A stretch of 64,000 bases of DNA from an uncultured delta proteobacterium (GTDB lineage: Bacteria > Myxococcota > Myxococcia > SLRQ01). How positions within the stretch are numbered: position 1 is the first letter of the stretch; the number at the start of each line of letters is the position of its first letter. Below the pieces are notes generated by a model. That model did no database searches. It had not been told where the DNA came from and saw nothing but the letters and a program-made list of their open reading frames with translations. The position numbers and the translations under genes are program-made. The stretch lies in NCBI GenBank assembly GCA_963727485.1, contig CAVSGM010000002.1, positions 1,120,001-1,184,000 of the forward strand, given 5' to 3'. Below are positions 34,060 to 42,518 of the stretch, piece after piece.

Positions 34060-34861
34060 CCGCACCCTCGAGGGCCCGGTGGTCATCTCCGGGGGCGCCG
34101 GGGGCATCGGCCGGGCGCTCGCCGCCGCCTTCGCCGAGCGGGGCTGCCCCGTCGCCCTCCTCGACCTGGACCGCGCCGCCCTCGACGCCGCGGTCGCCGA
34201 GCTGACGGCCGGGGGCCACCGGGCAATGGGCCTCACCTGCGACGTCACCGACCCCGAAGCCTGCGAGGCCGCCATCGCCGAGGTGGCCGAGCGCTTCGGG
34301 GGCGTGGCCACCCTGGTGAACAACGCGGGCATCGGCCACCGCAGCGCGTTTGCCGACACCGAGGTCGCCGTGCTGCGCCGGGTGATGGAGGTCAACTACT
34401 TCGGGTCGGTCAACCTCACCAAGGCCGCCCTGCCCCACCTGCGCGCCGCGAGGGGCCGCATCGTGGTCACCTCCAGCGTCGCCGGCTTCGCGCCGCTCAT
34501 CGGCCGCGCCGGCTACGCCGCCAGCAAGCACGCCCTCCACGGGCTCTTCGACACCCTGCGCACCGAGCTCTCCCCCGAGGGGATCTCGGTGACCGTGGTC
34601 TGCCCCTCGTTCACCGAGTCGGGCTTCGAGGCGGCGACCCTCGGCGCCGACGGAGGCCGGGTCGGCGCACCCCGGTCGATGATCGGGAAGCTGGCAACCG
34701 CGGACCAGGTGGCCCGGGCGGTGGTGCGCGCGGCGGCCAGGCGCCAGCGGCTGTTGGTGCTGGCGCCGGTGGGCAAGGCGAGCCTTCTGGCCTCGCGCCT
34801 CGCCCCCGGCCTCTACGAGAAGCTCATGGCGCGAATGCTCAAGGGCGCGGTCGGCGAGTGA
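34049..34861 (+). CDS. Short-chain dehydrogenase/reductase
   Basis: SGGAGGIG, NNAGI and YAASK motifs. Confidence 0.93.
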   Translation: MATDRTLEGPVVISGGAGGIGRALAAAFAERGCPVALLDLDRAALDAAVAELTAGGHRAMGLTCDVTDPEACEAAIAEVAERFGGVATLVNNAGIGHRSAFADTEVAVLRRVMEVNYFGSVNLTKAALPHLRAARGRIVVTSSVAGFAPLIGRAGYAASKHALHGLFDTLRTELSPEGISVTVVCPSFTESGFEAATLGADGGRVGAPRSMIGKLATADQVARAVVRAAARRQRLLVLAPVGKASLLASRLAPGLYEKLMARMLKGAVGE

Positions 34862-34883
34862 CCCGGGCCCGGCGTCCCGGCGG

Positions 34884-35798
34884 TCAGAGCACGTCCCCCT
34901 GCACCCGGATGGCGATGGCCACGTAGGGGACCAGGGCGCTGACCTTCTGCCCGCTGCGGTAGGGGTGCTGGAGCCACCAGTTCACGATGAGGATCCCGGT
35001 GGGCTTCTGGAAGAGCCCGTGGTCGTGGCCCGGCAGGGTGTAGGTGACAAGCGGCCCGACGCGCTGGGTGGTCTGGGTCCGGCCGCCGCCGTAGTAGGTG
35101 GTGGTGGCGGTGTAGCGCAGGCCGGCGACCAGGTTCTCGTGCCCCACATAGACCAGGTCCGCGTCGTCGACGAAGAGCCACCCGTGGGCCGGGTCGAGGC
35201 TGTCGAGGATGGAGTCGTAGAACACCGTGTCGCCGGGCTTCAGCGACATGTCCACGCGCAGCACCCGCAGGTTGTTCCGGGCGGCGATGGGCCCGACCTT
35301 CGCCTGGAGGAGCGCCGCCAGGGTGAGGCGGTTGCCCTGGGCCGGGTAGGTCGTCCCGGCGTCGCCGGCGGCGCTGCGGGCGGCGGGGCTGTAGTCGGCC
35401 GCGGGCCCGGAGTAGGCGGCGACCTCGTTCCAGGTGCCGAAGTAGCCGATGTGCTCGAAGGTCGCCGAGAGCCTCAGCACCGCCAGCGGCTGGAGCACCA
35501 CCGCCCCGCCCACCTGGTAATACGACGGCGTGAGCAGCGGGATGAGCTCGACCCCGGCGTAGCTGCCCTTGAGGAGCATCGCGTCGCTGTCGTAGAGGCG
35601 CAGGTGGTAGCCGAGGTCGAGGCGGAGCACCGCGCCCAGGGGGTTCACCCGGCCGCCGAGGAGGGCCTGGTAGACCACCTGGCTCCGGGGGCCGAGGTCG
35701 GGGGCGGGGGCGTCGCCGGCCGCGCGGGCGGCGGCGGGGACGGCGAGGCCCATCAGGGCGGAAAGACAGCAGGCGGTGAGGCGTGCGCGGGATCCCAT
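34884..35798 (-). CDS. Secreted or outer-membrane hypothetical protein
   Basis: Signal peptide and amphipathic beta-strand pattern. Confidence 0.65.
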   Translation of the reverse strand: MGSRARLTACCLSALMGLAVPAAARAAGDAPAPDLGPRSQVVYQALLGGRVNPLGAVLRLDLGYHLRLYDSDAMLLKGSYAGVELIPLLTPSYYQVGGAVVLQPLAVLRLSATFEHIGYFGTWNEVAAYSGPAADYSPAARSAAGDAGTTYPAQGNRLTLAALLQAKVGPIAARNNLRVLRVDMSLKPGDTVFYDSILDSLDPAHGWLFVDDADLVYVGHENLVAGLRYTATTTYYGGGRTQTTQRVGPLVTYTLPGHDHGLFQKPTGILIVNWWLQHPYRSGQKVSALVPYVAIAIRVQGDVL

Positions 35799-35847
35799 CC
35801 CGTCAGCATAGCGTCCGTCGGGCCCGAGGGCCTCTCTCCCGGCCGGG

Positions 35848-36498
35848 TCAGACCCCGCGGTCCGCGCCGGGCCACACCAGCTTGTGGAGCTGGAGGTTGA
35901 GGCGCGCCGGGAGCGCGTCGGCGAGCATCCAGGCGACGAGCTCGGCGGGATCGAGGGTCCCGTGGACCGGCGAGAGGAGCACCGCGGCGACCCGGGCGGC
36001 GAGGTCGCGCTCGCGGATCACCTCCCGGGCCCAGGCGTAGTCGGCGCGATCGGCGATGACGATCTTCACCTCGTCGTGGGGGGCGAGGTGGGCGAGGTTC
36101 TCCCAGAGGTTCGCCTCGGCCTCGCCGCTGGCCGGGGCCTTGAGGTCGACAATCTTGCGCACCTCGGCGGGCACCTCGGCGATGGACACCGACCCCGAGG
36201 TCTCCAGGAGCACGGTGCGCCCGGCGTCGAGGAGCCGCCGCATCAGGGCGAGCACCGGCTTGTGGAGCAGCGGCTCGCCGCCGGTGACCTCCACCAGCCC
36301 GGGCCCGAGGCGGTCGACCTCGGCCAGCACCTCGTCCACCGTCCACCAGGTGCCGCCGCTGAAGGTGTAGGCGCTGTCGCACCAGGTGCAGCGCAGGTTG
36401 CACCCGGTGGTGCGCACGAACACGCAGGGCGCCCCGGCGAAGGTGCTCTCGCCCTGGATGGACCGGTAGATCTCGGTGAGGCGCAGGCGCTCGGACAT
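35848..36498 (-). CDS. queE: 7-carboxy-7-deazaguanine synthase-like radical SAM enzyme
   Basis: EIYRSIQGE, FVRTTGCNLRCTWCD, TGGEPL and LQLHK motifs. Confidence 0.88.
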   Translation of the reverse strand: MSERLRLTEIYRSIQGESTFAGAPCVFVRTTGCNLRCTWCDSAYTFSGGTWWTVDEVLAEVDRLGPGLVEVTGGEPLLHKPVLALMRRLLDAGRTVLLETSGSVSIAEVPAEVRKIVDLKAPASGEAEANLWENLAHLAPHDEVKIVIADRADYAWAREVIRERDLAARVAAVLLSPVHGTLDPAELVAWMLADALPARLNLQLHKLVWPGADRGV

Positions 36499-36510
36499 CG
36501 GGCGCGCAAT

Positions 36511-36741
36511 CTAGCAGAGGTCGGCGTCGCCGTCGCAGTAGGGCGGCGTCCGGGTCTGCTGGCAGCGGCAGAGGCGGACCACCGCGAAGCCCTCGATCTC
36601 GAAGGGCCGGCAGCGCTCCGGGCCGGGGCAACCCGCCGGGTCGCAGAAGGGTCGGCGCCGCGAGCCCCCGCAGCCGCACCAGCGGTAGGCGCCCCCGGCG
36701 AGCGGCAGGGGCCGGCAGGGGCGAGGGTCCTCGTTGGCCAT
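36511..36741 (-). CDS. CDGSH-like Fe-S protein with atypical ligands
   Basis: WCGCGGSRRRPFCD and LCRCQQTRTPPYCDG motifs; the terminal His is absent in both. Confidence 0.75.
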   Translation of the reverse strand: MANEDPRPCRPLPLAGGAYRWCGCGGSRRRPFCDPAGCPGPERCRPFEIEGFAVVRLCRCQQTRTPPYCDGDADLC

Positions 36742-36819
36742 GGCAGCCACCCTAGGCGCCCGCCGAGGCCACCCGACAGGCCACGGGCCGCCCGGTTCCT
36801 GCCCAGTCGGGCCCCTGCC

Positions 36820-38868
36820 CTACACCGCTCGGGTGCGCAGGAGCTCGGCGAGCCAGCGGATCCCCCGGCCGAGGTAGCGCCGGTAGGTGCTGAAGGCCAT
36901 GCCCACCGCCTCCGCCGCCGCCTCCTGGGTGGGCGCGGGCTCGAGGTAGGTGGCGCGCAGCGCATCGTAGGCCTTCCGGCGGCGCGGGGACTCGGCGAGG
37001 GTCTCGGCGGCGGCGACGAGCTCGTGGCGGAGGATCTCCACCCGGGTGGCCCAGGTGGCGCCGGTCCCGGCCCGGTGCCGGATCAGGGCGGTGTCGAGGA
37101 GGGGGTTGTGGCGGAGCTGGTCCGGGGCGGTGTAGTCCTTGAGGGCCCGGCGCACCGCCTGCTCGAAGGCCTCGGGACCGAGGTCGACCACCGGGGGCCC
37201 CTCGGCCTCCAGGCCCTCGTCGCTCCCGGCCTCCATGAAGCAGAGGAGCCGGTCGAGGATCCCCTCGCTCCCCCGGCGCCCGAAGATCGTGGGCCCCTCG
37301 CCGTCCGCCGGCACCACCTCCTCGAACCCCAGGGCCCGGAGGAGCCCGGCGAAGGGCCCCGGCTCCTGGAACGCGAGGAAGGTCCCCGACGGCGACTCCA
37401 TCGCCCGGAACCGGCGGGCGGCGGCGACGAAGAGCCGGGCCTGGAGGGCACCGGGGCGCTGGTGGTGGTCCGAGTCCATCCAGCTGCGCAGCACCACCAC
37501 CGGGCCGGTGGCGTCGGCGAAGGGACGCAGGTCGAGGAGGTCGCGGATCGTCGGATCCCAGGTGGCGGACGCCAGGGCCTCGGCGGTGGCGAACTCCGGG
37601 AAGAGCAGGTAGCCCCGGGGCAGCCCCTGGACGTCCCGGAAGACCGTGAACGCCTGGGGCCATTCGGCGAGCCACCGCTCGATGTGCTCGGCGGCGGCGG
37701 CGCCCTCGTGGGCCCGGACCATGGTCGTCAGGTGCAGGGCGTCGCCGGCCTTCAGGGGCGTGGCCAGGACGTCCTGGTCGGGATCCCAGACGAAGCCGAG
37801 GCCCGGGAGGGGATCCCGCCGCCGGAGGTAGAGGGCGTTGAGGAGGAGCTGCTCCTCGCCCACGCCCCAGCTCCGGCGGTCGCGCAGGCGCCCCAGGCAG
37901 TAGGCGAGGCCCTGGTCCACCAGGTCCCGGTGGAGGCTGGGGTTGCGCCAGCGCAGGTCCTCCTCGAGGGCCTGGCGGTAGGGCCGGGTGAGCCGCAGCC
38001 CCATGCGCCCCGGGCGGGCGAAGCCCTGGTGGGCGAGCCACCGGTGGATCTCGTGGGGGTCATCGACCTCGAGCATCGCCGCGAGGAGGTCCTCGGTGGT
38101 GCGGCTGAGGAGGGCGGCGGCGTAGAGGGCCCGGCGGTGATGCCTCGTCGGGGCCTGGTCGGCGAGGGTCCCGGCGAGGGCGTGGACCAGCTCGTGGACC
38201 GAGCACTCGCGCTCGCAGCAGGTCACCGCCTCGGTGCAGAAGGTGGCGGCGAGGGAGTGGACCAGGGGCACGCCCCCGGCGCGCTCGGCGATGGCCGGCT
38301 GGCGGAAGTGGGGGACCTGGAGCTGGCTGAGGTTGGTGAGGCTCTCCTCCTGGGACAGGGGCGAGAGCCGGAGGGAGCGGTGGAGCCCCCGCCACGCCGG
38401 GTCCGTCTCCCAGGCCGCGGGGAGGGCGTCGCGGCTGGCCACCAGGATCAGCCAGTCGGCGGGCACCGCCCCCAGGACCTCGACCCAGGTCGAGGCGGCG
38501 TCCTCGGTGAGGCTCCGGGTCCCGTCGAGGATGAGGACCTGCCGCGCCACCCCGGCGCCGGCCTCCACCGCCACCAGCTCGCGGACCCGGCGGGGCAGGT
38601 CGTCGACCGCGTCCGCCTCGACCCAGTGGGCGGGCAGCCCGGCGTCCTCGGCGAGGTAGGCGGCCTCCCGGAGGAGGGCGGTCTTCCCGATCCCCGCGGG
38701 CCCCACCACCGAGAGCAGGTGGAAGGGCCACCTCGGCGCCTCGAGGACGGTGCGCAGGAAGTCGACCTCCGCCCGTCGGCCCACGAAGGCGCGGCGACGG
38801 TTGCGGCGGAGCAGATTGGCGATGACCAGCGTCTGGGGTGCGTGCACGGCTTGGGGGTTCCTGCCCAT
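36820..38868 (-). CDS. AAA/STAND-like ATPase with C-terminal HTH (putative regulator)
   Basis: AFVGRRAE, Walker A GPAGIGKT, VLILDG, and C-terminal PTQEAAAEAVGMAFSTYRRYL HTH. Start is approximate. Confidence 0.8.
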   Translation of the reverse strand: MGRNPQAVHAPQTLVIANLLRRNRRRAFVGRRAEVDFLRTVLEAPRWPFHLLSVVGPAGIGKTALLREAAYLAEDAGLPAHWVEADAVDDLPRRVRELVAVEAGAGVARQVLILDGTRSLTEDAASTWVEVLGAVPADWLILVASRDALPAAWETDPAWRGLHRSLRLSPLSQEESLTNLSQLQVPHFRQPAIAERAGGVPLVHSLAATFCTEAVTCCERECSVHELVHALAGTLADQAPTRHHRRALYAAALLSRTTEDLLAAMLEVDDPHEIHRWLAHQGFARPGRMGLRLTRPYRQALEEDLRWRNPSLHRDLVDQGLAYCLGRLRDRRSWGVGEEQLLLNALYLRRRDPLPGLGFVWDPDQDVLATPLKAGDALHLTTMVRAHEGAAAAEHIERWLAEWPQAFTVFRDVQGLPRGYLLFPEFATAEALASATWDPTIRDLLDLRPFADATGPVVVLRSWMDSDHHQRPGALQARLFVAAARRFRAMESPSGTFLAFQEPGPFAGLLRALGFEEVVPADGEGPTIFGRRGSEGILDRLLCFMEAGSDEGLEAEGPPVVDLGPEAFEQAVRRALKDYTAPDQLRHNPLLDTALIRHRAGTGATWATRVEILRHELVAAAETLAESPRRRKAYDALRATYLEPAPTQEAAAEAVGMAFSTYRRYLGRGIRWLAELLRTRAV

Positions 38869-39039
38869 CGGTTGTCGGGTCGCTCCCGGCGCGCACGGTC
38901 GGGTCCCCGCCCCGGGCCGGCGACGCCATGGGCTGACGCCTCGGACCGGGCCACCTCCATGCCCAGGTCCAGGTTGCCAAAGGCCCCGGCCAGGGAACAG
39001 ACCAGGAACTGCCCACACGCTACACCCCAGGGTCGCTCC

Positions 39040-40824
39040 CTAGTCATCGCCCTCGCCGGGCTCCACGTAGCGTTCCCAGAGGGCGTCGGCGACCAGGCCG
39101 GTGGCGACGGCCAGGCGCCGCCGGAAGGTGCGTCCGGAGATCCCCAGGGTATCGGCGAGGACCCGCTGGGGGAGCTCGGGGTCGCGCCAGAGGCGCCGGA
39201 GCGTGGCCATGGCCTCGGGGTCGGTCCCGGCGGCCTCGACATCGGCGATGCCCGAGAGGAGCCGCTCCACCAGGGCCCCCATTCGGTCCCCCTCCCCCAC
39301 CGGGGGCATGAAGTGCCGGCAGGTGAGCAGGCGGCTGCGACCCAGGACCTCGGGGGTGGGCTGGCGGAGGGTGGCGTCCACGGACTGGCGGAAGCGCTCC
39401 CGGGGCAGGTGGCGCTCGAGCTCGATCCGCCCGGTCTCCACCCGGGGATCGCGATAGAGGGCCACCACCAGGCGCGACTCGCCGTCGAGGGTGTACTCGG
39501 TGAGGGGCGCGGAGCCGGCCCCGAGGGCCACCGCCAGGGTCCAGGCCTCCCCGGGGCGCACCGACGCCAGCACCACCCGGATCCGGGGATCGGCCACCCA
39601 CCGGGACACCACCTCCGCCAGGAGCGCGCGCTCGACGGCGGTGGGTGCGGGCCCAGGCTCGGCGCCGAGGATGCCCCGGAGCAGGAGGGCCCGATCCCGG
39701 GGCCCGAGGCGAAGCTGGTGGCGCAGGGCCCAGTGGGCGGCCGAGAGCCCGTCGTCGGGGCCCTGGGCGTCGTCGGCGGCGAGGGTGGGGTCGAGGTCAC
39801 CGAGGAACATGAACCCCAGGAGCGGCCCGCCGCCGGGGGTCCGGCACAGGTGGATCGCCTCGGGCCGGCGCTCGAGCCACCACCGGGCCACGGTGCTCCG
39901 GTCCCGGCCGCCGCCGGTCTCGCGGACCAGATCGAGGAGGCCTACGCCCTCCACCGGCCGAAGGGGGCGCACCTGGAGGTGGTCGGTGGCCAGCCGTGCG
40001 GGATCGGCGAACACCGGATGTCGGGCGAGGCGCAGGTGGAGGAGCCCCTCGGCCCAGAGGGCCCGGTCCCGAGGCCCGGCGTGGCGGATCCGCCGGCGGT
40101 GGAAGGCCATGAGCCGGACCCGCAGGCGGGCGGTCTCCGGGGCCTGCGCCGCCTCGGCCTGGAGCTGGCGCCGGGTGTCGCGGGTCGCCACCAGGCCCAC
40201 CGCCGCCTGCTCGATCCCCGGCAGGCCCCCGAGCCACTCGAAGAGCCGGGGCCCGGCGACCCGATCGACGACCGCGGCCAGGAGGTCCTCGGTGAGCCGC
40301 GGCGCCAGGGCCGCGACGATGAGGGCCGCCCGGTGCGCCGGGGTGGGCGCCAGGCGAAGGGACGGAGGCCCGCCCACCGCGACCACCCGGGCCAGGGCGC
40401 GCCACCCCGGGTCGGCCCACCAGGCGTCCTCCACCGTCTCCAGGGCGACGACCGTCACCGCCCCGGCGGGGAGGCGCGGGAGCCAGGCCCGGCGCAGCCA
40501 CCGGTTGGCGGCGAGATCGCCGCCGGTGGCGTCGACCAGGACCAGCGGCTGGCGCCGGCCGGCGGCGGCGGCCACCAGGAACGGCTCCGGGGCCGCGACG
40601 AGGATGCCCAGGTCGAGGATCGGTGCCGGGAGGCCCCGCTCGGGGAACTCCCGGGCGAGGGCGAGGAGCGCCTGCCGGAGCGCGGGCACGTGGGCCCCGG
40701 TGACCAGGAGGACGCGGGGCAAGGCGGCGGCGTCGGTGAGGGCGGCGGCGACCGCCTCGACGAGGACACCCTGGCCTTCGGTCGGGGCCTCGGCGCCGCC
40801 CAGCTCGAGCCCTTGCTCGACCAC
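39040..40824 (-). CDS. Degenerate paralog of the adjacent ATPase-HTH regulator (no Walker A)
   Basis: Shares DP(G/A)WR, TEDLLAA and the C-terminal HTH (PQRVLADTLGISGRTFRRRL) with 36820-38868; no GxxGxGK(T/S). Start is approximate. Confidence 0.65.
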   Translation of the reverse strand: MVEQGLELGGAEAPTEGQGVLVEAVAAALTDAAALPRVLLVTGAHVPALRQALLALAREFPERGLPAPILDLGILVAAPEPFLVAAAAGRRQPLVLVDATGGDLAANRWLRRAWLPRLPAGAVTVVALETVEDAWWADPGWRALARVVAVGGPPSLRLAPTPAHRAALIVAALAPRLTEDLLAAVVDRVAGPRLFEWLGGLPGIEQAAVGLVATRDTRRQLQAEAAQAPETARLRVRLMAFHRRRIRHAGPRDRALWAEGLLHLRLARHPVFADPARLATDHLQVRPLRPVEGVGLLDLVRETGGGRDRSTVARWWLERRPEAIHLCRTPGGGPLLGFMFLGDLDPTLAADDAQGPDDGLSAAHWALRHQLRLGPRDRALLLRGILGAEPGPAPTAVERALLAEVVSRWVADPRIRVVLASVRPGEAWTLAVALGAGSAPLTEYTLDGESRLVVALYRDPRVETGRIELERHLPRERFRQSVDATLRQPTPEVLGRSRLLTCRHFMPPVGEGDRMGALVERLLSGIADVEAAGTDPEAMATLRRLWRDPELPQRVLADTLGISGRTFRRRLAVATGLVADALWERYVEPGEGDD

Positions 40825-40905
40825 CGTGAGATCTGTCCCCCAAGAATGAGACCATCGTATCCAAAATGCACGCGTGGCGCGCCCGGAGGACTTCCCCCGG
40901 TGGCG

Positions 40906-42012
40906 CTAGAGGAAGTCCCCCTCGACCAGGGTCGGGTCGACGTCGGCGCCGGGCTCGGGCCGCGCCGGCGCCTCGCGGGCGATGCGCTCGTGGAGGGTCC
41001 GCAGCCGCGCCACGCAGGCCTCGAGGAGCACCGGCTCCCCGTCGGGATCGAGCCAGCCGTCGAGCTCGTCGTCGAGGCCCCGGAGCTCGGCGAGGCCGGC
41101 GAGGACGGGGTCCGGAGCCCACCGCTCCCCGGCGTCGGCGGCGGCCTCGAGGGCCGCGAGGGCCTCGGCGAGGCGCTCGCCGTCGTGGGCCCGGAGCTCG
41201 GCGCGGTGGTTCACCTGGCGCAGGAGCTGGGCGAAGGCCTCGACGTCCTGCCACAGGCGCATCCCCGCCCGGAGGACCCCTTGGGCCTCCGGGTCCTGGC
41301 GCAGCCACTCGAGGATGCGCTCCTGGAGGGAGCGGAACTGGATGCGATCGGCCACCCGCAGGTCCGGGTAGACCTCCCGGCCGGTGAGCTTGGCGATCGC
41401 GGTGGCCGTGAGACGCAGGCGCCGGATCACCGTCTCCTCGGTGGCCGGGCCGTCGCGGACCACGTCCCCGGCGAACGCGGCGTAGGTGCGCCGGGTCGCC
41501 AGCGATCCCATGAGGCCGGTCTGGTAGTAGCTGTTGTCCGAGTCGAGGCCCTCGAGCTCCGCCACCGCGTGCTCGATGGCCGAGAGGGACTTGAGGATCT
41601 CCCGGCAGGCGCTGCCGGCCTCGTCGATGATCTCCCACCGGGCGTCGTCGCCGCGGAGGGCCTCGAGGGCCTGGAGGCGGCCCCGGAGGCCGAGGCGGGC
41701 GACGAAGGCGAGGTCGGCGATGTCGTGGGCCTCGGGGCCGGCCATGCGCCGGTCCACCTCGGAGCACAGCTTGCCCGGGGCGAGCTCGGTGGGCCGCTCG
41801 CCGTCGGCCACCTGCTCGTAGTGGTCCACGGCGATGTCGAGGATCTCCAGGGACACCTGGAGGAGGCTGCGCACCTGGGCCAGGAGGCGGCCGCGATCGG
41901 CCCCGGGCTCCTCGTAGCGGGCCAGGGGCAGGGCCTGGACCTGCTTGATGGCCCCGATGAGGAACCGGTGGAACTCCGGCGGGGTGACGGTGGTGGGCTC
42001 GGCGGCGGTCAT
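40906..42012 (-). CDS. Hypothetical all-helical protein
   Basis: 368 aa ORF with GC3-biased codons, in the same operon direction; no recognisable motif. Confidence 0.7.
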   Translation of the reverse strand: MTAAEPTTVTPPEFHRFLIGAIKQVQALPLARYEEPGADRGRLLAQVRSLLQVSLEILDIAVDHYEQVADGERPTELAPGKLCSEVDRRMAGPEAHDIADLAFVARLGLRGRLQALEALRGDDARWEIIDEAGSACREILKSLSAIEHAVAELEGLDSDNSYYQTGLMGSLATRRTYAAFAGDVVRDGPATEETVIRRLRLTATAIAKLTGREVYPDLRVADRIQFRSLQERILEWLRQDPEAQGVLRAGMRLWQDVEAFAQLLRQVNHRAELRAHDGERLAEALAALEAAADAGERWAPDPVLAGLAELRGLDDELDGWLDPDGEPVLLEACVARLRTLHERIAREAPARPEPGADVDPTLVEGDFL

Positions 42013-42070
42013 GGGACATCCCCCGGCGGGCCGCGCCTGCCCGGCGCGACCCGCCCGTGGCGTCCGCCTG

Positions 42071-42475
42071 CTAGAGGGCGGCCTCGATGGGACCCTGGGA
42101 GACCCGGGCCTTGGCGAGGACCATCCCGATGTTGGCGCTCTTGCGGCAGACGTAGACGATGGCGTGGTCGGGGTACTTCTTCCCCCGCATGAACACGTGG
42201 AGGAGGTTGTCGCTGTTGACGATGATCTCGGTGAAGTAGTGGTGCCCGTCGTCGGCGATGCCGCGGGTCTTCTTGAACAGCTTCTCGATGGCGGTGACGT
42301 TGGTGCCCTGGAAGAGGTCGGCGGTGGCGGCCGACACCAGGTCGAGGACCTCGGAGGGGTGGGAGTCCACGGTCTTCACCGCCAGCAGCATGCCGGTGGA
42401 CATGTCGACGTAGCCCCCCGCGACGCACTCGGGGATGCCGGCAACCTGCTCGTTCAGGGTCTTCTCAAGCGACAT
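42071..42475 (-). CDS. Roadblock/LC7-like small protein
   Basis: IPECVAGGYVDMSTGMLLA...EIIV...LHVF...ANIGMVL pattern seen in Roadblock/MglB-like proteins; strong codon bias. Confidence 0.7.
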   Translation of the reverse strand: MSLEKTLNEQVAGIPECVAGGYVDMSTGMLLAVKTVDSHPSEVLDLVSAATADLFQGTNVTAIEKLFKKTRGIADDGHHYFTEIIVNSDNLLHVFMRGKKYPDHAIVYVCRKSANIGMVLAKARVSQGPIEAAL

Positions 42476-42518
42476 TCGTTGTTCCTCTCGATGATGCGGG
42501 CCCCGCCCGCCGTGGGTA

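Noticed and set aside
35848..36498. queE as part of a 7-deazaguanine DNA-modification (dpd) defence island
   Set aside because: No dpdA/tgt-like, queC, queD or folE genes are in the window, so a housekeeping queuosine role is the simpler reading.
36820..40824. ATPase-HTH pair as an Avs-type antiphage STAND system
   Set aside because: No nuclease, SIR2, TIR or protease effector and no TPR sensor were recognised; the C-terminal HTH points to transcriptional regulation.
35884..42192. 2102 aa plus-strand ORF and other very long ORFs (for example 16351-20721, 59650-62157, 53795-56908)
   Set aside because: These are antisense shadows of real genes on the opposite strand, common in high-GC DNA. 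They contain no recognisable motifs.
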